Shown piece after piece: positions 27,700 to 40,100 of a stretch of 64,000 nt of DNA. The DNA comes from Ophelia neglecta. Its lineage: Eukaryota. Both the position numbers and the translations under genes were made by a program. The stretch lies in NCBI GenBank assembly GCA_965285935.1, contig OZ260665.1:27218001-27282000 (forward strand). Direction: 5' to 3'. The stretch's first letter is position 1; each line of letters starts with the position of its first letter. Under the pieces are notes generated by a model that did not search any database, had not been told where the DNA came from, and saw only the letters and a program-made list of their open reading frames with translations.

Positions 27700-27982
27700 A
27701 ATATGTCATATAGTCATATAGTCATATCTCCCTGTATGTCTCTCAATAGTAGTATCTACCCATATGTCTCTCAAAAGTTATATCTCACTAAATGTCTCTC
27801 CGTACTCTTATCTCCCCGTATGTCACTTCATATTGTCATCTCCCCATATGTCTTTTCCTAGTCATATCTCCCTGTATGTCTCTCCATAGTCATATCTCCA
27901 TATAAGATTCTCCATAGTCGTATCTTCCCATAAGTCTCCCCATAGCCGTGTTTCCCTTTTGCCATGTCTCCTTGTAGTCATG
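27700..27982. repeat. Degenerate ~28-bp tandem repeat
   Basis: TAGTCATATCTCCCYRTATGTCTCTCCA-like units, ~9 copies. Confidence 0.75.
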
Positions 27983-28355
27983 TGAACTCCATGAAAAGTC
28001 TACACACCCATCAACATTTGTCACCATGTGAACAAAATTAATTATTGGGCTTGGTAGTGTATTTGATTATATAAACATTTGGTACCATGTAACAAGCCTT
28101 GTGCGATCGTTGAAAGTGAACATCATTGACAAGGTGAAAGTGGTAGCAAAATAAGCTACTATATCAGTAATTTTATAACCCATCTCTATGCGATTCCCTG
28201 CAATCTTGTACTGGGTATAAATGGGTAAATGTAGGCTTGACGTTATGTTCATATTAGGCAAAAAGTGGAAGGGCCACTTTCACATTTTGCCATAGGTATA
28301 ACTTTCACAGATTATATCAAACTTGTATATAATGCCATTATAATTAATCAGAGTT

Positions 28356-28498
28356 GACACCCAGTTAACAAAAAGGCCACATTAAAGTATGCCTCCTGTT
28401 CCAGCAGACACTCTCTTAACATGAAGGTCATGTTAACATTTGCCTCCTAGAGCTGGCACCCAGTTAACATATGAGGCCATGTTAACATTTGCCTCCTG
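28356..28498. repeat. Degenerate ~50-bp repeat, 3 copies
   Basis: CACCCAGTTAACA...AGGCCATGTTAACATTTGCCTCCT recurs. Confidence 0.65.
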
Positions 28499-31437
28499 CC
28501 AGAGCAGCAAGTGAGGAGTTTTGATCAACTGCTGTGTCATAACTTGGATATGACTTCAAGTGAAAATAACATGGTTTGATACTGTCAATACATGGATGCC
28601 AACTCATTAATAAATCACTAGTGTGGATGGAGTATGTGACCTTTGACACCGTCTGGCTGGGAGGTGAGGATTGTATAAACTCTTGTTATTTTCACCTGCC
28701 TTTCCCAAGTTTTATCATTAACTTTTATCATGTAGGACATGCCTGGTTTATTGATAAAATTATTGTTGCCACTATTCTTCTCTGAGCTCATTTGGGTTGA
28801 AAGGTCACCAGAATTTTATAGTGCCTTGAACTTTGTTTTGACTTGTTGCTAAGCTCTTAATCCTAAGGTATTAATCCAAGTGTCTCTTGTTTGTTGCTTT
28901 GGAAGCCAAACTGATGTTCACATAGCCAGTGACCAGTGAAGCATGCCATAAGGGGAAGATCTCTCACCTCTTGTTCCATTTGTAAATATTGTGGTTTTAC
29001 TACCTTTTTACAACACTGCAAACCACAGAATGTTCATGCTTGAATGCACAGAGTCTCTCAGAGATGCAAAGAGAACAAGCAGAAAAAGTGGTAGATAGGA
29101 TTTTACGAAAATACAACTTCAGAACTTGCTCGTAAAATGAAAAAGAAATAGAAGTAAGAGAAAGAGTGTAATTGTCGTAATGTATTCCTAGGAAATACTA
29201 GCCGTGTATAATGGTGGTGTAGAACAAATAGTGAATCATTCAGCTAGGATTCTAGGCAATGTTCATTGCTAATGGTGTTTTGCTGAAAATGGTCTGGATT
29301 TGGGAATTAATATGTACCCACAATTGAGTGAAATATCTTCTAATTAATCTCATAGAAGGAAATAGGGAAAAACTGTTGAGCTATAAAGCTGAAAGCTTTG
29401 TCACATTATGACAATTTAATACAAGCATCCTGCTATCATCTGATCATTGATAAATTGAGTTTCATGGAAACCGTTTGGTGTGCCACACATACAAATAGCA
29501 TGACTCGCAGAGATCCGAAAGTAGAGGCTAAATTTGTACTCCTAGACTGCCAGATTGCTGCAGTAAATAGACATTATGGTAAATAAACATTACGACATTA
29601 CGACAGTGAAGAAAAGGGTAAAACTGGGGGCAGTAACAGTGCACACTTAAAATGTGATAAAAACCTTAATTATGATAGAAAGGTTTGAAACATTAAGTGC
29701 ATAATTATAATCATGTTTAACTAATTTATTTGTAAGTATTTAAATTTTGTGCTCCATTTAGAAGTGTCCAGTTATGGAATCTATCAGTTTGACCACCACT
29801 GGTTTTTGTAGTGTGTAGTGTACATGATTTTTATCTGATACATCTTGTGCCTCTTTGGAGATCAGTACACAGAATTTAGTGTCACGTCTACACATTGATT
29901 TCTGACTACTTCTGGGCAAATTATCTGCCCTAGACCTGTCTGCACACAAGACAGATCCATCTACCCATCTGTCAGAGTCTAAAACCTCTACTCACACCTT
30001 ATTTAGTGTCAGAATAGCTGGCTTAATGGCCAAGTAAAAGACATTGAAGCTGCCAAAAGGATCCCTAGGGTGGGTAAGGTTTCTGTGATCAGCTCAAAAA
30101 GTCACGAATTCTAGGAGAAGCTGGTTGCAGACATGTCGGAAATCTCTGAGGGAGTATTGTCACCTGCCTAAATCTGGTTTGGTTGTCATGGTAACTGAGA
30201 TTTGTAGCACCTCGGTGCGTGAAGGGTAGGTTAATTGCTGATTTAAATGCACATGCTTCAGAGGACATACTTAACCGTGAATACCAAGCAGTTCCTGTCT
30301 ATTCTCGACCTTTCTGTGGGAGTCAGTCCCGTGTCTTGCTACCTTCTCTGGGTCCTATCGATCTTCAGGTTATCCAGCCGGCAGTCACTGGGTTCACCTG
30401 ATTTCGGACATGCCTTGACTGTTTCAGTGAGCCCGGCAGGCCACGCCTGGATGGTCCCTAAGGACCGGAGGTGTATGAGATTTACTCTGATACCTTGAGA
30501 CACATCCACCGGGATGATATCCTGAGACACACAAGATGGGTTTGAAGCATCTCACACAGACTTCAGAAGGGGTGGTTATATTATATACAATTATAGTAGT
30601 TTTATATTCAAGTTTTAAGATGTCATAAATATATTGTTTACATTTAAACCATCAAAATACACTATACACATTGAAATTTGAAATGGGTGGGCTAATCTCT
30701 ATTTTAGTTTTGTTTGGAAGAACTAAAAGTAGTTTAATTAGTTGACATTTCAAGGCACCTAATTCTACTAATTCAGTTTTTACCTTGTAGCCTGGATTGT
30801 AACTTTGATGGGTCATAACTATATAATGATGCCATATTATACTGTTAATCCCAGACATTTCTTTACTAGTACCAGCTCTCAGGTTTACTCCAGGTGTAAT
30901 TCTATGTACAATTTTAGTTTTGATTTCTTCACATACCAAAGCCAAGGGATAGTCTAAAAATGTAACTCAAGCCTGCCTATCACCAATTTTACTATATATA
31001 CTACAGAACATAATCCTTTATACTTCTTTATCATAGTGTTTATGCACTTTGTCACCAGATGACACTGGCATATAATATCAGAATCAGACTTGTCAGTAGT
31101 GTGAAAACGGTCAGGTCTGTTAGGACTCCACAAGGAAGTAGTGTACTCCAAGAGTTACTCCTCAATTTCTGTTATTTATCCTACATGTATGTTTGTTAGT
31201 GGTGGTGGGGGGTATGTGCCCCCGTTTGAAACTTAAACATGTTTAATGAACTGATGAAAGGTAGTTTGATAATCTAAAACTCAAAGAGATAATCCTGGTT
31301 TAGAAACTTGTTTGTATGTTTAATCTATTCACCAGTAAAATAATCCCTGTTTCCAAAATTCCATTGGCAATTGAACCAAATGACAAACATTAAGAGATGG
31401 ACATGCTTGTAGTCATTTTCTTATTTTTCTCTTGCAG

Positions 31438-31619
31438 GTATGTATTGTTTATGGTGGCTCGTAGATGAATCGATGACTGCGAAATGAACAAGTCATAATG
31501 CAATGGAGATTTTGATGGGAGGAGACTATTAATTTCACAGACATCCTAATAAGAAGTTTTTTTTTTTGTGTTACATACATATTTGTCTATGTTTCATCAA
31601 ATGTCCCCAAAAATGAGAG
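31438..31619 (+). other. Candidate 182-nt exon (5'UTR plus MFHQMSPKMR, phase 1) beginning at an AG|GTATGT recursive-type site
   Basis: Acceptor TTTTCTTATTTTTCTCTTGCAG| ends at 31437; donor GAG|GTAAGT at 31620; early stops in all frames; three in-frame ATGs from 31589. Confidence 0.4.
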
Positions 31620-31876
31620 GTAAGTTTGCTATTTAGACAAAAAAACAAGACACACAGTGATAGTTAAAGTCATCACTTTACATAGTAGTCAGCTAATAAC
31701 ATCAGCCCTGATCAAAGGGTCATGGTTAGAGGCTTGTATTATCCTTGTATACACACAGCATACAATGAGGTTTGTAAACAGATTATACAAGAAGAAAACA
31801 CTAGCATGTCCAACCTTATTGTCTGGGTGTTAACTTGATCAGTCCGAGCTAATGAGGGTATATTCTCCTCTATCAG

Positions 31877-31920
31877 AACCAAGGGTAATCATGTCATCTA
31901 GTTCAGCTGTGAACAATCCA
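31877..31920 (+). CDS. Candidate 44-nt exon (E)PRVIMSSSSAVNNP, phase 1 to 0
   Basis: Acceptor TATTCTCCTCTATCAG|, donor CCA|GTAAGT; in frame with the phase-1 end of the exon at 31619; also open from a local ATG at 31852. Confidence 0.3.
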
Positions 31921-34900
31921 GTAAGTCGTGTATGGGTAGATAATTACATTTAATAAACTACATTCCATAGTATTTATATCCAGTTACTTGAATCACTGAA
32001 GTGTATCATTCTACATTGTCTCTTTGATTTACTATGCATGGTTTAATAGAGGAAAGCCACGGTTTTTTACATTGAAGGGCAGCAATGAAATAATACTTAC
32101 AGAAGTAGTTTATCTGATGTGATCAGATGGAAATGTGTTCTGCCACAACTGTTGCTTTACTTTAACGGTAGGTGTCAGTACTAGTAGCTGTCATCCAGGA
32201 CAAGCTAAATCTTCCTGTGTTAAGCACAGACCATAGGTATAGATTGTCATAAATGCGTAATTTTCATTTGTTCTATTAATCTGAACCTTGAATTAAACAT
32301 GGGAATTTAACCCATCTAGTGGAACAAGGCAATCAAGTTTGTTGTACCCCAGGAAGGTTAGAAAAATGTCCATGAAATGACTGTGATTTTTATATAAAAG
32401 CCCTTGAGTTAAGCTCTTTGTTGATTGTTACACAGGATGATCAAACTCGTCACCAAAAGGCCTTGCCACGCAATTACACCCAATCAAAAAATGATCAGAA
32501 GGGGATTGCTACAAAAATACTAAAATTGGTCTGTCAGATACAGTCAGTGTGTGGGCCCTGTTTGTGTGCCTTTACAACATCCCCGTTTGTCCTCTCGGTT
32601 ATTACAGCTTTCTCCTCGTAGCTTTCAATGTTTTATTTAATCGCACATCTGACAAACTCCCATATTTTATTGTAAGCATGTAACCCTACAAGTGTTTACT
32701 AGTCATGCCAATGCCAGCTCCCTGTACATTGTGATCTATCTATATACATGTGTGTATATAGATGTGTGAGTGTGGAATTGCATGCCATAAAAAGCCTAGC
32801 TGTCCAGAGCAATACCCGAGAACCGTAACTCATCTTTATGGTCAAACGACTAGGGTAACTTTCTGCCTGGCAACGGGTTATTGCCATCTCTTTCATCAAA
32901 GTCTATGATAATTGTCGACTCCATATACCTTTGGCAGGCCATGTTTGCCATGCTAGACGCTGGGTGTCATTAATAATGGAAAGCCCACTGCTGTTTTCTT
33001 GGGGACTGCCAGGCTTTATGATGAATATAGCTTTTGGCTGATTGAAACCTGGCCAGAGGAAGCTCGGAGTCCTGTTCACTTACGGCTTGCATGACTGTGT
33101 GCGCTAAATTACGGAATGCCCAGTCTTCCAGGCAAAGAAAATTAATCCTGAATAATTTAGTCACCATATGACTTGGCTCTTTCTGAGTAAAGGCCAGATG
33201 TGTTCATTCTATAATGCAGGAGCTCTGGTTAAAGCTGGCTTTGTTTCAACTAAAGCAATTAAGTTTTGGATAATTGCTATAATGGAATTTTTTTAATTTC
33301 GACTGCTCATTGAATTTTTATTGGTAGCATAGGGGCAGTTGGCATAGGTTTTAATTGTGGCATCACATGCAACATAATTGACATTTATCACCAAATTCTG
33401 GATTGCCTGGTTAATTAATTATCAGTAGATTTTCATGTTATTAGTTCTATTAATGTGATTTAGTCGTCAGTCTTTATAACCAAATATTGATATAGTGTGC
33501 ATGATTAAAATTTGGTCTTGACACCTGTTTATGAAATAAACTATGGTGACCAAAATTATGTAGGGGTAAGCTTATAATTGTGATTTGTAAGCTTTATCCA
33601 ATGGACACCTGGCTTAGAATATAAATGATTGCATGCTTTTTTTTCTGACAGTAGTTAAAGTCATGAAGTAGTCATAAAGAAATAAAGATAAGCCTAGTAT
33701 GTAACTTGTCTTTTGTTTTTTCTCCTTCGCTGCTACACACAATATATATCTATATGATGTGGAAGTCTATTTCCAAACTGGTTCACTCTCAACGTCACAC
33801 TAGAAAACATCTCATTCTCTTGGCCAGTGTGTCATCTAAGATGGCGATGGGCCGTACCTAATGCCTGCTGTCCACTTGGTTGCTTCTTTAAACGGGCGGC
33901 AAATCCTTAAGCGATTACGCTTTCTTTTATACCGCGGCTCGTTAATCTCCAAAACTGTCAGAGCTGGTGCATTCTTGCTGCGGTCCTTGTGTGAGATGAG
34001 GTCTGTTTGTATCAATGTTTCGCATGGCAGCTCTTTTAAAGGGGCAGCGCTATGGCTGCCAGACAAAATGTTTACCCTTCTCCGAAATAAAAGATGTAAT
34101 GAAACAAGAATACTGTTAATATGAATTTCCATAATCCTAGCAGCCTTGTTATCATGTCCTCAAATTATACCATGAAATAACAAGTGAATTAACATTGTAC
34201 AAAGGACCTTGCATTTCCTCAGACCAAATTTTTCAGGACACTTAGTGGTTTGGTAGAATAACTTGGTTGTTGAGGCTGAAAATCAAAGAGGAGTGTGGCA
34301 GAGCTCGATATTCCGCCTCGGCAACCAGCAGGTTTCTAGATTGTGATGCAGTGCACATTCTCGGAAGTGGTGTTTTTTGCCTGTCGTCCCAGACTGAGCT
34401 GTGAAAGGGGGGAGCCTAGCTACCACTATCATTCCTAGCCAGAGGAACAGTTCCATTGCTACTCATCTAACCAATCATACATGCGGGGGATGCTCGGGCC
34501 TTCCCATCAGATTACCAAACTCAGCTGTGGCTATCTATTGTACTAAAGGTGATGCTCATGGTGCTCATTCAGGCTGATTTTAGGCCTAGATACAGGACAC
34601 AATTGGAAGTGTGTAGTCCTAGATGAATATCTCTTTGAGTTATGCCTAATTGGTCCACGGCCAATTGTCTGTGAGAGCAATTGGGCAGGCTGTAATGTTG
34701 ATAAAATTCGCCCAGCTCTATGGTGAGATTAAATTTCCCTTCCAAATAAGACACCAGTAAAATGGAGGGTATTAATATTATTCTTCAGCGGCCATTACAT
34801 TTGGAGAGGGCAGATATGGCAGGAAGATAAAAGCCTTGTGTTGGGCTAAGCTGGATGACTGTGCTCCAGGCTGTCCAGGCGCCTAGTGACATCAAGACAA

Positions 34901-35859
34901 ACGGCTTGTAGCCCATCTCTGATGCTCTCCTACTGCTTCAGAAGACTCATTTCCAATGGCGCCAAGTGTCATTAGTTAGATACTAAATGTAGCAGGCCCG
35001 TGGTTGCTAGCTTCATTTGCTGTTCTTGTGGCATTTTATTTTTGTTTCTCTAATAGATGTAGCCTCCTAGATACAATTTTGGCTCAAACATTGGATATTT
35101 TTGTCAGAATAAAAAACTCCTGAACTTTTAAAACTAAAGTGTGTCCTGTACAGTTTGATAGATTGCTTGTAACAAAGCTCCTTAAGTGCAAATGGTAGAG
35201 GCAGAGCAGACTTCGAGAGAGACGATAACCTGATATAAATAGCCTCCGATGTATAATCAGTCAAAGAGCCTGCCTTTACCAGGGTTTAGCCCTTGGTCTC
35301 AACTAACAAGTTGCCGTGAAGATTCTGTCAAGAGAGACGACCGGATTCCACACCCGAGCATGTTCTGTCTGACCTAATTGGGATAAATTCTGTCCTAGTG
35401 TGCCTTTCTCTGGCCCACTGAGCCATGTCTTTCCTGTTACAAAAATTGTTTGACAATAAGGTGGCCTTGCCCCCAAATCTCTCTGTCCAGTGGGCTATGA
35501 TATCTGGCTTCTAGTAGGCATCTGGCTTCTAGTAGGCAGACGGCAATGAGCAGGATTTCTGGGCATAAAATATTCATAACTTATCCTGCCCTTCTAAGAG
35601 ATGAATAGATGCAGGTTTAATTGGATAATGTTGCTTGTTTGTCATCCATTAATTACTTACTTGGGAGTGGCCATGCAAATCAGGCATTAGTATTTCATTG
35701 GCATTATTATGCATGGAAATTATTAGCCTCCCCGGACTTTCATCTGACAAATGATGGTGTTGTCGCCTGATAGTTTGGTTATAGATGTGTGAGTTGGAGA
35801 GAGGTCTAGGCAGTTATGGCAGTGGAGAAACCTTAATCAAATTTACATCGCTTTCTGGC

Positions 35860-36210
35860 ATTAGTGGAGCCAATATTAGGCAGACTGACACCAGATCGCA
35901 AGCCGCTCCCCCGTCCAATGACAAATGACCTGTTGGCATGGGAACACCAGAGTAAAACTCTGCACTTCCTGTCGACGTGGGACGCATTGCTGCTGCCTTT
36001 TCAACTAGAGTTAATCAAAAATAAAAGCACTTTTGGATCTCCCCTACATGGCCGGCCAGCCAAGTCTTCCTGCTGTCGTCTATTGGAGTTAAACCCGTGT
36101 ATAAAACTGGTGGAGAGCAGGCTCTGTAGGCGCCCGTACACTGCTCATTCTACCCGGACTATAACGCCCCGAAGCTGCTCACCCTCGCCCATCCGCTTCC
36201 TGTAAACACC
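35860..36210 (+). promoter_or_regulatory. Putative promoter/5'UTR
   Basis: Locally CpG-rich; CCAAT at ~35869 and ~35915; inverted CCAAT ~36082; TATAAAA at 36100-36106; leads into ACCATG at 36208-36213. Confidence 0.45.
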
Positions 36211-36231
36211 ATGTCCGTTCCTGTTGTTCGG
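36211..36231 (+). CDS. Candidate alternative first coding exon MSVPVVR (phase 0)
   Basis: Kozak-like AAACACC-ATG, 7 codons, then donor CGG|GTGAGT; downstream of a TATA box. Confidence 0.5.
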
Positions 36232-37094
36232 GTGAGTAGTGATCTGCCTAATTTGTGTAGTTAGTTGATGTACATTCCAGGAGTCTCATCTGGTCTTCCT
36301 TATGTACAGATGAGAGTAGCAAGGAATAGCCAAGAATGATACATTTGTATTGGAGAGCTTGCTGGCTAGGCTCCTGCCTGGCTACAGTGCTATAGAGCAT
36401 GTCACAGGAGCAGCCAGTGTAATTGTCTTGATATACACAGGCCTGGCTGCTTGCCTTTCTTTATTCTGGTCCCTCACCAGACTATTATTGCTGTAATTGA
36501 CCTATGCTAAGAACGAAGCACATTCCTTGATTTGATTATAAAGACAGTTAGTGTCCTTCCTGTCTGATTCCTTCTTCAGTGTTCAGTCCAAGTCCCTGGC
36601 TGCTGTCTTGGTCCTGTGTCAGGAGATCAGAGAGGATGCAATAGGTTCAGTCACACTTCCTATATAAGGGACCTGTACTCTACACCAATCAGAATGCATA
36701 TTGCGTTTTTTGCTCAGTTGGCCATAAATGTTACAATTCTTGGCTCAATAAACCTTGAATGTTGCAATTTTTGCAAGACAGCATATTTATTTTTGTGTTT
36801 AGTAGGTTTAGATGGACTACAATGTTATTAATTGTTATAATGTTTACCAATAGTGACTTTAAGAAAACACCAATGAGCTGAGACTATAGCCAGTGGTAAG
36901 CCTGTCATCATTAGATTGTGGAATGTACTTCCCCCTCCCCTACCCATACCCTCCCCTGCCCCCCCCCCCCCTACCCCCCCAATGGTGTTGAGTGTGTGTG
37001 AGATGTCACCATGCTGTCCTGACATGTACACAACATGACTAGGAGCTACCTGTCTCACGCTAGCTCCTTCTCTCCTTCTCGGTTTGTCACTCAG

Positions 37095-37103
37095 TACCAG
37101 CCA
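37095..37103 (+). CDS. Candidate 9-nt microexon YQP (or the end of a first exon from ATG 37035)
   Basis: CU-rich tract CTCCTTCTCTCCTTCTC...CACTCAG|TACCAGCCA|GTGAGT; the frame from AAC-ATG at 37035 is also open to this donor in phase 0. Confidence 0.25.
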
Positions 37104-40100
37104 GTGAGTTCTGATCTAATCTCCATCAGTCAAGTGCCGTCTCTGGCCAGTCAGATTGTGTGCAACATCTTTGCTATGCATTTTTTTTATCTGAAGTGCA
37201 AAATGATTTGAAATCAATCAAGTCGGATGGTGATAAATGTGTGAGGTCAGTTTTGCATATGTATTAATCTTCCAACTATTAAATATTTATTAACTTATAT
37301 AGGACAACTTGTTGTAGCACCATTGAAAAGCTCCCATCAGACAATTTTATTTGTAGCTAACACATTTGAACCTACATTAGATACATAGACAATATGAGAT
37401 GTACTTTGAACTTTTGGTCTCACTTCCTTTCATGGCCCAGTTACATATTTGAGTCCATAATAAGAATAACAACATCTGTGCCAACTTTGGGGGCCTTTTC
37501 GACATTTATGTCAACAGTGCTCCTTGAGAAGAATCCTCTGTGATTCAGTACTTTGCCAAGTTTACTTTCAAAGCTAATCTCTACTATTGGGGCTTACAAG
37601 ACAAGCAATATATACTGAGTGTCCAAACCTCTAGTTATTCTAGTTTCAATATTTTATTCTTCAAGTTCCCAATGCATAGCAATATTGTTGAGAGCTTTTC
37701 ATGGTAGTTGGTATTTTTTGCCAATAAGGATAAGCACCTAAAGCTTAGGAATCACTGTACATGTACATATATGAAAAGCAATTGACATGCTATGCTTGCC
37801 CCATAACATTCCCTTAAACATTTCTATTCTGGATATCGGCCGTGTGTTTACGAGCTGGGCCATTGCAGAGCTCTTCTCTCATTGTAGGCCCTTGCCGAAG
37901 CCTTTTAGTGGGGGAAATTGCTGTCAAAATCCTAATGAAATCCTATATAATTTTGTTATTGCCATGTTTCTAGTGTGAGGTCACAGTTAGTTAGCGGGGT
38001 AGGTCTGTCGGGGCCGGGCCCCTAATGGACCTGTCGTTTTATTAGCCTCATTGGAGATTCCTGCATGTCTCTGCCAAAAAACAAAGCCATGTTTTATCAG
38101 CCCATTCTTGAGGACATTCGACAAATTACCTGCCGTGAAACTCACATAAACTGAGCTCCCATCGCGTAACCACTTTAAACAGCTACAAAATATGATGATA
38201 TATATATTAATTACAAGATAGTTTGTGGCTCTCAGATTCTAAGGTTGTTGTAATTTTAACTACAAGCCACCCAGGCTTGAGTTCTGGTGTGAAGTAGAGA
38301 GCTATAGACTTGTCAGCTAACAGGCAAATCAGTGTTAAAAATGATGGGGAGGTTTCTTAGTAAAAGGTGAAAATTAGCATCACAATGGAGTTGTTATCAC
38401 TAAGTGAAACTTGAGGATGAAGACTTAAAGATGCAAGCCAGTACACAACATCAACATCAGATTGAGAGGAAAAAACCTCCTGCCAATTTTTATATATTAG
38501 GGTGTCCCTATCTAGGTTCTTTTGTAAAGTACATTTTAAATAAATTTTGATTAATAGTTAGTGAAGTAGTACTTAAGTAATGAAGCGCACACACTGCACA
38601 TTTGGCCAAGAGCATTTAGGACCAGTCCGTGTCATAACAACCAACTGTGTGAAAAGAAAACACATCATCCCAGAGCATTGTGTCTACCATAGTACCATGA
38701 TATATATTGTGTATACTAGTATAAAAAAACTAATCAAGTAATTAGCTTGGCCCACAATAATGATATCAATAATTTCATTCATTGATTCAGGATAGAGTTT
38801 GTTGTATTGATTAGTGTGTTAGGATACATTTATACGTTTATGTTGAGTGTGTAAAAAGATAACTGATATGCATTGTTGGTGCAAAAATATTTTATAGAAA
38901 GAAGTTTGGACAATTCCATTATAAAATGTAAGATCTTAACAAAAAGTAGTATTGGAGACGTCTTTTGGCCTTAGTTTAAGTGAGAAAATACATATTACAT
39001 ATTACTAGTTGTACCAAGGAGATATGAACGCAGTCATCAAAATATTTGTCTGAAAAAATGTGCTGATAAATTGTGCTTTACACAGCATGAGAATGATCAA
39101 TAGAGAACTATGATCTTAGTCCAATACCAATGCAAAGGCTGGTACACATTCAAGGCAAAACGGTCTCAGAATGCAACGACCTGCTTTAAAAAACAGAAGA
39201 AGATTTAGACCTTTTTTTTTTCATGTCTTAAGCAGGAACACGCGGTTGCCATGGTTAAGGCCCGTAAAGCAGCTCCACAGCTCGGTGTTAGAATGTTACA
39301 TTGCTGGATTCCTCGGCTGGTAGCCACAGGTATATGTCTGCCCCTCGGTGTGTGAACTTTATTGAGTTTGGCGGTTGTTTTTATCACAATTGTGCTGCTA
39401 GCTTCATTAATCAGTGACCTGTGTGCTGCTTGCTACGTGAGCAGGCTGCAGTCCGGTTTCCACATCATAGCACGGAATACCACCGAGAGTGTGGAAGGAT
39501 GAAACTTAACTTTACATTTAACAAGTTACAGTTAATGAGAGTCAAGTCTTTTTCCTTGATTTTGATGCCATATTGTAGGACTATAATGCCTGTTGACCTG
39601 AGAGCAGTAAGCTAGGATCTCCCTGTATGCCTTTTTTTGGTCAGTCCAGGTTTCCTGTAGATGACACAAACTGTATGGTGAGCCTCCTGTAGCATATCTA
39701 AATGTAGATTTGCACTCGCTCATTTTACTAAAACATGGTTGATTGAGTCTGAATATATCCAATAAGTGATGTTCCTGTCTATGAACACTGATCTCATGAG
39801 ATTGAATTTCATTAATAAATGCAATATCCCTGCTGATTAAAGGGCTATTCCACTAATTTTGCATAGCAACCATCAATTTGGGGGCCTGCTATTATTCCAG
39901 ACTTGATTTCGGCTCGCCTTTTGACGCTGCAGTCATATATTGCGTGGCTAGTAGCTGATTGATCAGACCTCTCTGGTATTGAGGCCGGCTAAGCTCATGT
40001 TCTCATACTCACTAAGATGATGTATGCCCCAAAAACAAATCTCTTCATACTTTATTAAATTTTCAATGAAGACATGTCAATATTTTTGCTGTTTGGGATT

